A DNA stretch of 64,000 bases from Sporichthyaceae bacterium (GTDB lineage Bacteria > Actinomycetota > Actinomycetes > JACCUZ01). The notes under the pieces are model-generated. The model saw only the letters and a list, made by a program, of their open reading frames with translations. It was not told where the DNA came from and did not search any database. Of the stretch, positions 1 to 8,788 are shown piece after piece (the stretch's first letter is position 1; every line of letters starts with the position of its first letter). The stretch lies in NCBI GenBank assembly GCA_031365725.1, contig JANLYQ010000014.1, positions 40,249-104,248 of the forward strand, in the 5' to 3' direction. The position numbers and the translations under genes were made by a program.

Positions 1-693
1 GGCGTAGCGGTACCAGCGCAGGTACTTGGGCAGCCACTGTGCGACGTGGAAGTTGGAGACACCGGCCTGCCGGTCGAGCCAGATGGTCGGGATCTCAGCG
101 ACCGGCAGGCGCATGCGTCGGGCCTTGGCGGTCAGCTCGAGACCGATCTCGAAGCCGTCGCGGCTCTCGATGCCGACCTGCTCCACGAAAGCCCGGTTGT
201 AGGCCTTGTAGGAGTTGGTCGCGTCGCGGGTGCCGACCCGGGCGAACCAGTGCAGCGTGCGACCCGCGTTGCGGGACAGCATCGACTTGACCAGCGGACC
301 ACCGACCTGCTGACCGCCGGGCATGTAACGCGAGGCGGCGGCCACCACGACACCTCGCTCGACCAGCCGGGTCAGCTCGTCGATCTGGCGCGGGTCGTCG
401 CACCCGTCAGCCATCGTCACGACCACCACCGGCGCGGTGGCCTGGTGGATGCCGTAGCGGATGGCGTGCGCCGGACCCTTGCCGTAGTCGTTGACGACGA
501 CGCGGATCGTGGGCTGCTCATGGTGGGCGTAGGACTCGACCACCGGCACCGTGGTGTCCTCGGCGAAGTCGACGACGACGAGCACCTCGCAGCGCAATGT
601 CACCGCCTCGAGGAGCCGGTCGAGGACGGGGATGATGCCCTCGCCCTCGTTGTAGGCCGGGATGACGACGGTGACCCGTGGACGGGTGCTCAC
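1..693 (-). CDS. Glycosyltransferase family 2, polyprenol-phosphate glycosyltransferase (DPM1-like); runs off window edge
   Basis: Not in ORF track. Manual translation from GTG at 693: MSTRPRVTVVIPAYNEGEGI...VVVTMADGCDDP...ASRYMPGG...RDATNSYKAY...GFEIGLEL (GT2 IPAYNE and DxD-type motifs). GTGA overlap with the upstream dehydrogenase stop. Confidence 0.9.
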   Translation of the reverse strand, partial: MSTRPRVTVVIPAYNEGEGIIPVLDRLLEAVTLRCEVLVVVDFAEDTTVPVVESYAHHEQPTIRVVVNDYGKGPAHAIRYGIHQATAPVVVVTMADGCDDPRQIDELTRLVERGVVVAAASRYMPGGQQVGGPLVKSMLSRNAGRTLHWFARVGTRDATNSYKAYNRAFVEQVGIESRDGFEIGLELTAKARRMRLPVAEIPTIWLDRQAGVSNFHVAQWLPKYLRWYRYA

Positions 694-1895
694 GTGCGCA
701 CCCCGTTGCCCAGCACGTTCCATACGTCCGCAACCGGCTTGTCGGTGACGATGCCGCGGTAGTCAGGATGCGGTGTCGCGACGATGAGCAGGTCCGACTC
801 GGCGAGCACCTGCTCCAGCGGCACCAGGTCGGGATCGGTGGTGACGTAGGGGTCGGTCATCAGTACCCGTGCCGCCTTGAAGGACAGGATCCGTTTGAGC
901 TTGTAGGCCAGGCTGGACCTGGTGTCGTCAGAGCCGGCCTTGAAGGCGGCGCCCAGGATGCCGACCGTCGCGGTGGACAGGTCGTGCTGGTCGCCCAGCC
1001 TGCTCACGACGTACAGCGGGAGTCCCTCGTTGACCAGCATCGCGGCGTGCCCGAGCTGGAAGTTGTTGTCGTTGAACGCCGCCAGCTGCATCGTGTCCTT
1101 GAACAGGCACGGGCCGGCGGCGAAACCGGCAGCGGGCATGTCGGCGGCCCGCGGATAGTCCTGCGCGAGCCCGACCCGGATCTTCTCGAAGTCCAGACCG
1201 CGGCTGTTGGCCAGCATGTAGAACTGGTTCACAGCCGCAAACTTGATGTAGCGCCAGGTGTTGGTGAAGAGCTTGGCGAGCTCGGCCTCCTCGGCAGCCA
1301 TCTCCACGATCTGGTCGGTGAGCCGACCGAAGAGCGCACCGGCCCGGTCCCGGGTCGCCTGGTCGGCGCCGGACACGATCTGCGGCAGCTCGAAGAGCTC
1401 CGTCATCGCTTTGCCCTCAGCGATCCGCTCGGGGCAGAACGACACGTCGACCTTGAGGCCGCGGTCGGCGAGCATCCGCTCGACCAGGCTCGTCACGCCG
1501 GGGAAGACTGTGCTGCGCAGGACCACCAGCTGGCCGTCGCGGAAGAACTGCGCGCACGCCTCGAGGGCACGAGGAACGGCCTTGGGGTCCGGGTTGAGGT
1601 GCTCGTCGACGGGAGTGCCGATGACCACTACGACGTTCTCGGCCAGCCCGACGACCGAGGGGTCGGTCGAGGCGCGCAGGGCGCCCGAGGTCACCGCGTT
1701 GCGCAGCTTGTCGGCAGCGCCGGGCTCGTCGAAGGGCAGCTCGCCGGCGTTGACCTTGGCCACTGTTGCTTCGGCCACGTCGTAGACCAGCACCGAGGCT
1801 CCACGGTCGGCGAAGGCGATCGCCAACGGCAGCCCGACGTGCCCGCAGCCGCCGACCACGACCACGTCGTGGGTGAACGCCGTTGCAGGCTCCAT
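690..1895 (-). CDS. UDP-glucose/GDP-mannose dehydrogenase family nucleotide-sugar dehydrogenase
   Basis: Rossmann GGCGHVGLP, IGTP, FCPERI, AELAKLFTNTWR, catalytic GPCLFKD, AFKAGSDDTRSS. Confidence 0.93.
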   Translation of the reverse strand: MEPATAFTHDVVVVGGCGHVGLPLAIAFADRGASVLVYDVAEATVAKVNAGELPFDEPGAADKLRNAVTSGALRASTDPSVVGLAENVVVVIGTPVDEHLNPDPKAVPRALEACAQFFRDGQLVVLRSTVFPGVTSLVERMLADRGLKVDVSFCPERIAEGKAMTELFELPQIVSGADQATRDRAGALFGRLTDQIVEMAAEEAELAKLFTNTWRYIKFAAVNQFYMLANSRGLDFEKIRVGLAQDYPRAADMPAAGFAAGPCLFKDTMQLAAFNDNNFQLGHAAMLVNEGLPLYVVSRLGDQHDLSTATVGILGAAFKAGSDDTRSSLAYKLKRILSFKAARVLMTDPYVTTDPDLVPLEQVLAESDLLIVATPHPDYRGIVTDKPVADVWNVLGNGVRT

Positions 1896-1978
1896 GGGCC
1901 CCTCTGGGTGCAGGTGTCGGTGGCTCGGGGTCGTTTGCGGCGGGGTGTCTCAGCACGCCGGTCCAGCGGAAAACGACC

Positions 1979-3640
1979 CTAACAGTGACGGCCGGGCGTG
2001 ACTGACGTCCGCAGGGCGCGAGTGGGGCTGATGGTGATGCCGTCACTGCGGGCACGTGCCACAGCCGTGGGCGACAGGAACGCCCGCAGCCTGCCGATGT
2101 AGCCGGGCTTGTGGACCGTCGCCAGCCAGGCATCCGTCCGCCGGGCGATGGCGGCATGCCAGTTGTTGAGCAGGATCACCTCGGGCGTGGTCGCGAGGAT
2201 GCGCCCCTGCCAGCCGGCATAGCCCCCCGGGGTGCGCGCGACCTGCCAGTCGGCCACGCCCGAGTTGAGATAGACGTAGCGGCTCGGGTTGCGGCGCTCG
2301 GTCAGCACCAGGGGCGCGGGATCACCGAGGGAGTAGACGACCCCGCCACCGGCAAGGCGTTGCAGGTCGCAGGCGTCGGAACGTTGTGCGACCAAGCCCC
2401 CGTCGGCTGCCTTGTCGTGGCTGAACCACCGCATGGACAACCCGGTCAACGCCAGTACGGCGATCAGCGCGCCGGCAGTGGCCGCGGTGCGCAGGGCAGG
2501 CTGCCGGAGGACGGCGATCACCCCGGCCGCCGTGCCACCCAGGCCAAGCGCGGCGTAGACCAGCAGCGGGTAGAGGTCCGGGATGCCCTGGAAGTCAGTG
2601 GCGGAGAAGGCAGCGAGCCCCGCCAACGAGGTCGTTACCACCACGACCAGAGGCGACACCAGCCGGGCCCGCAGGTCTCCTTGTCCAGCCGCGAGGTGCA
2701 CGAGGAGAAGCACCGCCAGCAAGGCGACGCCCAGCAGGAACAGCCAGCCGCTCTGCCCGTATCCGACCCTGATCACGTCGAGGATGTGGTGCAGCCGGCC
2801 GACCAGTGTCTCCTTGCCGCGTTTGACCCCGGTGAAGGGAAAGGCGAACACCGACTCGATCAGCTTGCCGAGCGTGCCGGTGACGACGAAGTAGAGGGTG
2901 GCGAGGCTCAGCGGGATCGCCGCGCCGATGACGACCCGGGTGACGGCCGCGCGCCGCGTCATAGCCTCGATGCGGCCTGCGGTCCTGACTCGCTCGCTGC
3001 GGTCGGCGCTGTCGACCCGAGCCGGTCCGTCCGGTGCCAGAACAGCGGCCAGCAACGCGACGGCGACATAGATGGCTAGCGGCTGCCAGACCAGGAACGC
3101 CAGCGAACCGAGGACCGCCGACCAGAACCACTGTCGTCGTACAGCAAGAGACATGGACAGCACACCGAACAGCAGACCCGGCGTCTTCGCGTCGGGACCC
3201 GCGAGAGCGTCCATGGCGAAACCGCGGAAGCAGGCGAAGACGGTCGCGCCGACCAGGGCGCCGATGGTGGAGCGCCAGAGCCGCAGCCCCAGCTGGTAGA
3301 CGGCCAGCACGGTCAGGCAGGAGATGACGAAGAACACGAGCCGCATGGCGTGCACGTCGTTGACGCCGAACACCTTGCCGATCGCAGCCGAGGCACCGGT
3401 GATGAAGGTCGCCAGCGGTGGCTTGGGGTCGAAGATGCTGGCGTAGGGCGCCACGCCGTGAGTCAGCTGCTGCCCGGCGTAGACGTAGATCGCCTCGTCG
3501 CGCTTGAGGGTGTCGTCGATGCTGTAGCGGGTGAACACCGCCACCGAGATCGCCAGCGACGCGACACCGCCCGCGGCGACCGACAGCGGCCCGGGCGCCG
3601 CGACGTCGGAGCCGTGACGCCGGGGCATCAGGGGTGGCAC
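1979..3640 (-). CDS. Polytopic membrane GT-C-fold glycosyltransferase (DolP-sugar-dependent type)
   Basis: First-loop RDEAIYVY and FDPKPPL motifs, about 10 hydrophobic segments, adjacent to GT2 and sugar dehydrogenase; start uncertain (3640 or 3628). Confidence 0.7.
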   Translation of the reverse strand: MPPLMPRRHGSDVAAPGPLSVAAGGVASLAISVAVFTRYSIDDTLKRDEAIYVYAGQQLTHGVAPYASIFDPKPPLATFITGASAAIGKVFGVNDVHAMRLVFFVISCLTVLAVYQLGLRLWRSTIGALVGATVFACFRGFAMDALAGPDAKTPGLLFGVLSMSLAVRRQWFWSAVLGSLAFLVWQPLAIYVAVALLAAVLAPDGPARVDSADRSERVRTAGRIEAMTRRAAVTRVVIGAAIPLSLATLYFVVTGTLGKLIESVFAFPFTGVKRGKETLVGRLHHILDVIRVGYGQSGWLFLLGVALLAVLLLVHLAAGQGDLRARLVSPLVVVVTTSLAGLAAFSATDFQGIPDLYPLLVYAALGLGGTAAGVIAVLRQPALRTAATAGALIAVLALTGLSMRWFSHDKAADGGLVAQRSDACDLQRLAGGGVVYSLGDPAPLVLTERRNPSRYVYLNSGVADWQVARTPGGYAGWQGRILATTPEVILLNNWHAAIARRTDAWLATVHKPGYIGRLRAFLSPTAVARARSDGITISPTRALRTSVTPGRHC

Positions 3641-3711
3641 ACGGTGTCGACGTCGTGGGCATGCAGCCCGAGATGATCCAGCATGCTGGCGAGGCTAGCG
3701 CGGCGCGGCAG

Positions 3712-4398
3712 TCACCGGGCTGCGGCGACCAGCGCCTCGAACAGCCGCAGGTCCTCGCTCATCTCCGGGTGCCAGAGCACCCCGACGGCGAACCGTTTGG
3801 TCGGGTCCTCGACCGCCTCCGGTGTGTCGTCGTCGGCCCACGCGGTGACCGTCAGCGTGCCCGCATCGGCCAGCCCCTGGTGGTGGTACGACGGCACCGT
3901 CAGGGTGTCGCCGACGATGTCGTGCAGCCGGGACCCGGACGCCACCGACACCTCGTGCTGGCCGTAGACCCCCGCCTCCGGCCGATGCCGTTCGTGGCCC
4001 ACGGTCTCCGGCAGGTGCTGCACCAGCGACCCGCCCGCGACCACCGACATCAGCTGCATGCCCCGGCAGATGCCTAGCACCGGGGTGCCCCGCTCGAGCG
4101 CGGCCCGCAGCAGCGGGATCTCGGCGGAGTCCCGCGCCTCCCGCACCCCGAGGGTCTCCGGGTGTGGCTCCTCGCCGTAGAGCAGCGGCGAGAGGTCCGC
4201 GCCGCCGGCGAAGACGACCCCGTCGAGCCGGCCGAGCAGGTCGGGGTCGCTGTTAGCGGTGGGCGGCAGCAGGACGGCGATCGCCCCCGCGGCCTCGACC
4301 TGTGGAACGTAGCGGAAAGGCAGCAGCGCGGCCGGGGCGTCCCAGACCCCCCACCGCGCCTGCTCGACGTACGTCGTGATGCCGATGACCGGGCGCAT
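3712..4398 (-). CDS. Gamma-glutamyl-gamma-aminobutyrate hydrolase family (peptidase C26, class I glutamine amidotransferase)
   Basis: MRPVIGIT start, GGADL, LGICRGMQ nucleophile, SYHHQ, VLWHPE. Confidence 0.9.
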   Translation of the reverse strand: MRPVIGITTYVEQARWGVWDAPAALLPFRYVPQVEAAGAIAVLLPPTANSDPDLLGRLDGVVFAGGADLSPLLYGEEPHPETLGVREARDSAEIPLLRAALERGTPVLGICRGMQLMSVVAGGSLVQHLPETVGHERHRPEAGVYGQHEVSVASGSRLHDIVGDTLTVPSYHHQGLADAGTLTVTAWADDDTPEAVEDPTKRFAVGVLWHPEMSEDLRLFEALVAAAR

Positions 4399-4486
4399 GG
4401 GTCCACATGCTGACAGGTGGGGAATCCCCCAGGCGCCCGCCACGCTTCACTTGGGGTCAGCCACCCCACTGCTGGAGGCAGAACCC

Positions 4487-5701
4487 GTGTCAGCCGTTCC
4501 ATCGTCTTTGGCCCCGCTCGTCGAGCCTGCCGCCGAGCTCACCGTCGAAGAGGTACGCCGCTATTCGCGGCACCTGATCATCCCCGACGTCGGCATGACG
4601 GGACAGAAACGGCTGAAGAACGCCAAGGTCCTCGTCGTCGGTGCCGGTGGTCTCGGCTCGCCCGCGCTGCTCTACCTTGCCGCGGCCGGTGTCGGCACCC
4701 TTGGCATCGTGGACTTCGACGTGGTCGACGAGTCCAACCTGCAGCGCCAGATCATCCACGGCCAGTCCGACATCGGGAAGCCGAAGGCCGTCAGCGCCAA
4801 GGAGTCGGTGCAGGAGGCCAACCCGTTCGTCACGGTGGTCCTGCACGAGGAGCGACTGGACTCCACCAACGTGTTCGACATCTTCGAGCCTTACGACCTC
4901 ATCGTCGACGGCACCGACAACTTCGCCACGCGCTACCTCGTCAACGACGCAGCCGTGCTGCTCGGCAAGCCCTACGTGTGGGGCTCGATCTACCGCTTCG
5001 ACGGCCAGGCCTCCGTGTTCTGGCCGACGGCCTACGACAACACCGCCCCGTGCTACCGCTGCCTCTATCCCGAGCCCCCGCCCCCCGGCATGGTCCCGTC
5101 CTGCGCCGAGGGCGGTGTGCTCGGCGTGCTCTGCGCGAGCATCGGGTCGATCCAGGTCAACGAGGCGATCAAGCTGATCGTCGGCATCGGTGACCCCTTG
5201 GTCGGCCGGCTGATGGTCTACGACGCCCTCGAGATGGCCTACCGCACGGTCAGGATCCGCAAGGACCCCGAGTGCCCGGTGTGTGGCAAGAACGCCACGA
5301 TCACCCGCGAGACCGGACTCATCGACTACGACGCGTTCTGCGGCACCATCAGCGACGAGGCCGCCGAGGCAGCCAAGGGCTCGACGATCTCGGTCAAGGA
5401 CCTCAAGGCGATGATGGACCGCGGCGACGACTTCTACCTCGTGGACGTGCGGGAGCCGAACGAGTTCGAGATCGTCTCCATCCCCGGTGCGACGCTGATC
5501 CCCAAGGGCCGCATCCTGTCCGGCGAGGCGTTGTCCGAGCTGCCCCAGGACAGGCCGGTCGTCTTGCACTGCAAGAGCGGCGCCCGGTCCGCCGAGGCGC
5601 TCGCGGTGATCAAGGGCGCCGGATTTGCTGACGCCGTGCACGTCGGCGGTGGGGTCGTCGCGTGGGTCAACCAGATCGACCCGTCGCTGCCCACGTACTG
5701 A
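4487..5701 (+). CDS. moeZ: Adenylyltransferase/sulfurtransferase MoeZ (ThiF plus rhodanese)
   Basis: RYSRHL, GAGGLGSP, DxVDESNLQRQ, CYRC, SCAEGGVLG, CPVC, C-terminal rhodanese HCKSGARS. Confidence 0.93.
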   Translation: MSAVPSSLAPLVEPAAELTVEEVRRYSRHLIIPDVGMTGQKRLKNAKVLVVGAGGLGSPALLYLAAAGVGTLGIVDFDVVDESNLQRQIIHGQSDIGKPKAVSAKESVQEANPFVTVVLHEERLDSTNVFDIFEPYDLIVDGTDNFATRYLVNDAAVLLGKPYVWGSIYRFDGQASVFWPTAYDNTAPCYRCLYPEPPPPGMVPSCAEGGVLGVLCASIGSIQVNEAIKLIVGIGDPLVGRLMVYDALEMAYRTVRIRKDPECPVCGKNATITRETGLIDYDAFCGTISDEAAEAAKGSTISVKDLKAMMDRGDDFYLVDVREPNEFEIVSIPGATLIPKGRILSGEALSELPQDRPVVLHCKSGARSAEALAVIKGAGFADAVHVGGGVVAWVNQIDPSLPTY

Positions 5702-5748
5702 GGTCGACGCCACTCAACCCGGACGGCGGTCGGGCTAGCCTCCGGAGC

Positions 5749-6054
5749 GTGACCCCCCGTCGCACGACGTACGACGAGGACGTGCTCGCCGTGGTGGCCC
5801 TGATCCCGCTTGGTCGGGTCATGTCGTACGGCGATGTGGCGGAGTACCTCGGGGCGGGCGGCCCCCGGCAGGTCGGCCAGGTCATGTCCCGGGGGACCGG
5901 TGACCTCCCGTGGTGGCGGGTGCTGCACGCCGACGGCAGCCCGCCGCAGGGGCTGGAAGCCGCGTGCCACCAGCGCTGGCGGGACGAGTCCACACCGCTG
6001 CGACCTGACGGTCGCCGGGTCGACATGCGACTGGCGCGCTGGGACGGCCGCTGA
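5749..6054 (+). CDS. MGMT family alkyltransferase-like (ATL) protein
   Basis: IPLGRVMSYGDVA, PRQVG, and LPWWRV (Trp in place of the catalytic PCHR Cys). Confidence 0.88.
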   Translation: MTPRRTTYDEDVLAVVALIPLGRVMSYGDVAEYLGAGGPRQVGQVMSRGTGDLPWWRVLHADGSPPQGLEAACHQRWRDESTPLRPDGRRVDMRLARWDGR

Positions 6055-6088
6055 CAGCGTCGTCCACCCGAGGGGTACGGTCGCCCGC

Positions 6089-7390
6089 ATGCCACGAGCA
6101 AGCGTCACGCCCCTGACGACGTACGCCGTCGAGCGCGCCACCCTGCGCAACGGCCTGCGCGTCGTCATCGCCCCGGACCGGTCGGCCCCCGTCGTCGCAG
6201 TCGCCGTCTACTACGACGTGGGCATCCGGTCCGAGCCCGAGGGCCGCACCGGGTTCGCCCACCTCTTCGAGCACCTGATGTTCCAGGGGTCGGCGTCGCT
6301 GTCGAAGATGGAGCACGTCAAGTACGTGCAGTCCTCCGGCGGCACCCTCAACGGCTCGACCCGTCTGGACTACACCAACTACTACGAGGCGCTGCCCAGC
6401 CACGCCCTGGAACGCGCACTGTTCCTCGAGGCCGACCGCATGCGCTCACCGGCCGTGACCGAGGAGAACCTCGCCAACCAGATCGCGGTGGTGAAGGAAG
6501 AAATCAGGGTCAACGTCCTGAACCAGCCCTACGGCGGTTTCCCCTGGCTGAGCCTTCCACCGGTGCTGTTCGAGACCTTCCCCAACGCGCACAACGGCTA
6601 CGGCGGCTTCGAGGACCTCGAGAGCGCGACTGTCGGCGACGCCAGCGACTTCTTCGACCGCTACTACGCCCCCGGCAATGCCGTGCTCGCGATCGGCGGC
6701 GACCTGGATGTCGACGGCACGATGGCGTTGGTGCACAAGCACTTCGGTGACGTCCCGCGTCGCGCGGTGCCGCCGCGGCCGGACTTCGACGAAGCCGCTC
6801 CGACCTCGGAGCGACGGGCCGAGCAGGTCGACCTGCTGGCCCCCGCGCCCGCAGTCGCGCTCGGCTGGCGGGTGCCCGACCCGGCCGACCTCGATGCCTA
6901 CCTGCCCTACGTCGTGCTGACGTCCGTGCTGGCCACCGGCGACGCGTCCCGGTTGCGCCGACGGCTCGTGCAGGACGACCGGGTGGCCACCGACGTCGGT
7001 GCCCACATCGCCTTCATGGAGGACGCGTTCGACGTGCGCAACCCGACGGCGCTGCTCATCGAGGCGCACCACCCCGGCGACATCGGCACCGACACCGTGG
7101 TGACCGCGGTCGACGAGGAGCTCGACCGGGTGGCGAGTGCAGGTGTGCCCGCGGATGAGCTCGAGCGGGTCAGCGCCCGGCTGCTGTCTGCCCTGCTGCA
7201 GGGCCAGGACCACGTCCTCGGTCGCACCCTTGCGATGGCGTCCTTCGAGCAGCAGCGTGGTCGTGCCGAGCTGGTCGGCGAGCTGCCGGCACTGCTCGGT
7301 GCGGTGACCTCCGAGCAGGTGGCTGCCGCGGCCGCCGCTCTGCAACCCGGGGCCCGGGCCAGGCTCGACCTCGTGGCAGGTGCCAAGTGA
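6089..7390 (+). CDS. M16 family zinc peptidase, catalytic subunit
   Basis: LRNGLRV, GFAHLFEHLMFQGS (inverted HxxEH), FFDRYYAPGNAVL. Confidence 0.92.
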   Translation: MPRASVTPLTTYAVERATLRNGLRVVIAPDRSAPVVAVAVYYDVGIRSEPEGRTGFAHLFEHLMFQGSASLSKMEHVKYVQSSGGTLNGSTRLDYTNYYEALPSHALERALFLEADRMRSPAVTEENLANQIAVVKEEIRVNVLNQPYGGFPWLSLPPVLFETFPNAHNGYGGFEDLESATVGDASDFFDRYYAPGNAVLAIGGDLDVDGTMALVHKHFGDVPRRAVPPRPDFDEAAPTSERRAEQVDLLAPAPAVALGWRVPDPADLDAYLPYVVLTSVLATGDASRLRRRLVQDDRVATDVGAHIAFMEDAFDVRNPTALLIEAHHPGDIGTDTVVTAVDEELDRVASAGVPADELERVSARLLSALLQGQDHVLGRTLAMASFEQQRGRAELVGELPALLGAVTSEQVAAAAAALQPGARARLDLVAGAK

Positions 7391-8727
7391 GTCCCCGCAA
7401 AGCGTTCGCGCCCCGCCCGGTGCCGGCGCTGGGTCGGCCGCGCAGGGCCAAGTTGCCCACGGTCGCCGAGCGGGTGCTGCCGTCCGGGCTGCGGGTCGTA
7501 GCCGTGCGCCGTCCGAGCGTGCCGGTCGTGCACGTGCGACTGCGCATTCCCACCGCCGTACGGCGTGATGCTGACCTGGCCCGCGCCGCACTGATGGAAC
7601 GCACGATGCTGCTCGGCACCGCCCAGCACTCTCAGGGGCAGCTGGCCGAGGCCCTGCAAGGGATCGGTGGCTCACTGCGGGTCAGTGGCGACGCCGACAA
7701 GCTGGTGGTCTCCGGCGAGTCGCTGCGCGGTGACCTGGCCCGCTTGCTCGGTCTGCTCGCCGACGTCCTGACCGGCGCCACCTACCCCAAGCATCCTGTC
7801 GAGGGGGAGACGGCACGCCTGGGCGAACAGCTGACGCGCGCGCTCTCGCAGCCGGGTGTCGTTGCCGACGAGGCCTGGCTGCATCAGGTCTTCGGTGCCC
7901 ACCCTTACGGTCGCGAGCACCCGACCGCCGAGGAGGTGCACGCGGTTGCGCCGGCCTCGCTGCGTACGGCGCACCGACGCCGGGTCGTCCCTGACGGCAG
8001 CCTGCTGGTCCTGGTCGGAGACCTGACTCCGGCGCGCGCGTTGGACCAGGTGGCCTCGGCTCTGGGGGAGTGGGACGCCGCCGGTGGCGCCACGCGAGTG
8101 CCGTCGGTGCCGGCCGTGGTCGCGGGGCCGTTGCTGCTGGTGGACCGGCCCGGCGCGGTCCAGTCCAACCTGCGGGTCGGTGGCCCGGCACTGGGCCGCA
8201 GCCACCCGTCGTACGCCGCCGCCGAGATCGCGAACGCGTTGTTCGGCGGCTACTTCTCCTCACGGCTGGTGATGAACATCCGCGAGGACAAGGGCTACAC
8301 CTACAGCCCGCGCAGCGCTCTGCGGCACTCGTCGGCGACCTCGGTGCTCTTGACCTCGGCCGACGTGGCCACCGAGGTCACGGCCCCGGCGATGGTCGAG
8401 GTGGCCTACGAGCTGGGCCGCATGGTCAGCCTGCCGCCGACCGAGGAGGAGGTTGCTGCCACGGCTCAGTACCTCGTGGGCAGCCTTGCGCTGTCCACCG
8501 CCACGCAGGCCGGCCTGGCCGGCACCCTGGCTGTGCTGCTGGCCGAGGGGCTGGACGTGTCGTGGCTTCGCGAGCACCCGGCGGCTCTGCTGGCGGTCAC
8601 CCCCTCCGAGGTGCACCAGGTGGCTCAGACGCTGCTGGCTCCGGCCGCCAGGATCAGCACCGTCGTCGGCGACGCCACCCGCATCGAGGCGTCGCTCGGG
8701 GTGCTGTCCGAGGTCGTCCGCGCCTGA
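7387..8727 (+). CDS. M16 family peptidase, non-catalytic partner subunit
   Basis: LPSGLRV, FGGYFSSRLVMNIREDKGYTYS; no HxxEH; GTGA overlap with previous gene. Confidence 0.9.
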   Translation: MSPRKAFAPRPVPALGRPRRAKLPTVAERVLPSGLRVVAVRRPSVPVVHVRLRIPTAVRRDADLARAALMERTMLLGTAQHSQGQLAEALQGIGGSLRVSGDADKLVVSGESLRGDLARLLGLLADVLTGATYPKHPVEGETARLGEQLTRALSQPGVVADEAWLHQVFGAHPYGREHPTAEEVHAVAPASLRTAHRRRVVPDGSLLVLVGDLTPARALDQVASALGEWDAAGGATRVPSVPAVVAGPLLLVDRPGAVQSNLRVGGPALGRSHPSYAAAEIANALFGGYFSSRLVMNIREDKGYTYSPRSALRHSSATSVLLTSADVATEVTAPAMVEVAYELGRMVSLPPTEEEVAATAQYLVGSLALSTATQAGLAGTLAVLLAEGLDVSWLREHPAALLAVTPSEVHQVAQTLLAPAARISTVVGDATRIEASLGVLSEVVRA

Positions 8728-8760
8728 GGCGGTGGTGGTCCCTCCTGGACATCGCGGTTG

Positions 8761-8788
8761 TGTCCGGAGGCCGTGGTGGGATGCCGGA
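8761..8788 (+). promoter_or_regulatory. PafBC/RecA-NDp-like DNA-damage promoter, leaderless, for adnAB
   Basis: TGTCCG-N10-TGGGAT-N6-GTG(start); same geometry upstream of uvrD2. Confidence 0.55.

Noticed and set aside
8453-8788. N-terminal extensions in the ORF track (adnA, M16, ABC1, NUDIX, UPF0182, LAL, ThiF-like)
   Set aside because: They overlap neighbouring genes or repeats; downstream starts fit family N-termini and promoter/RBS signals
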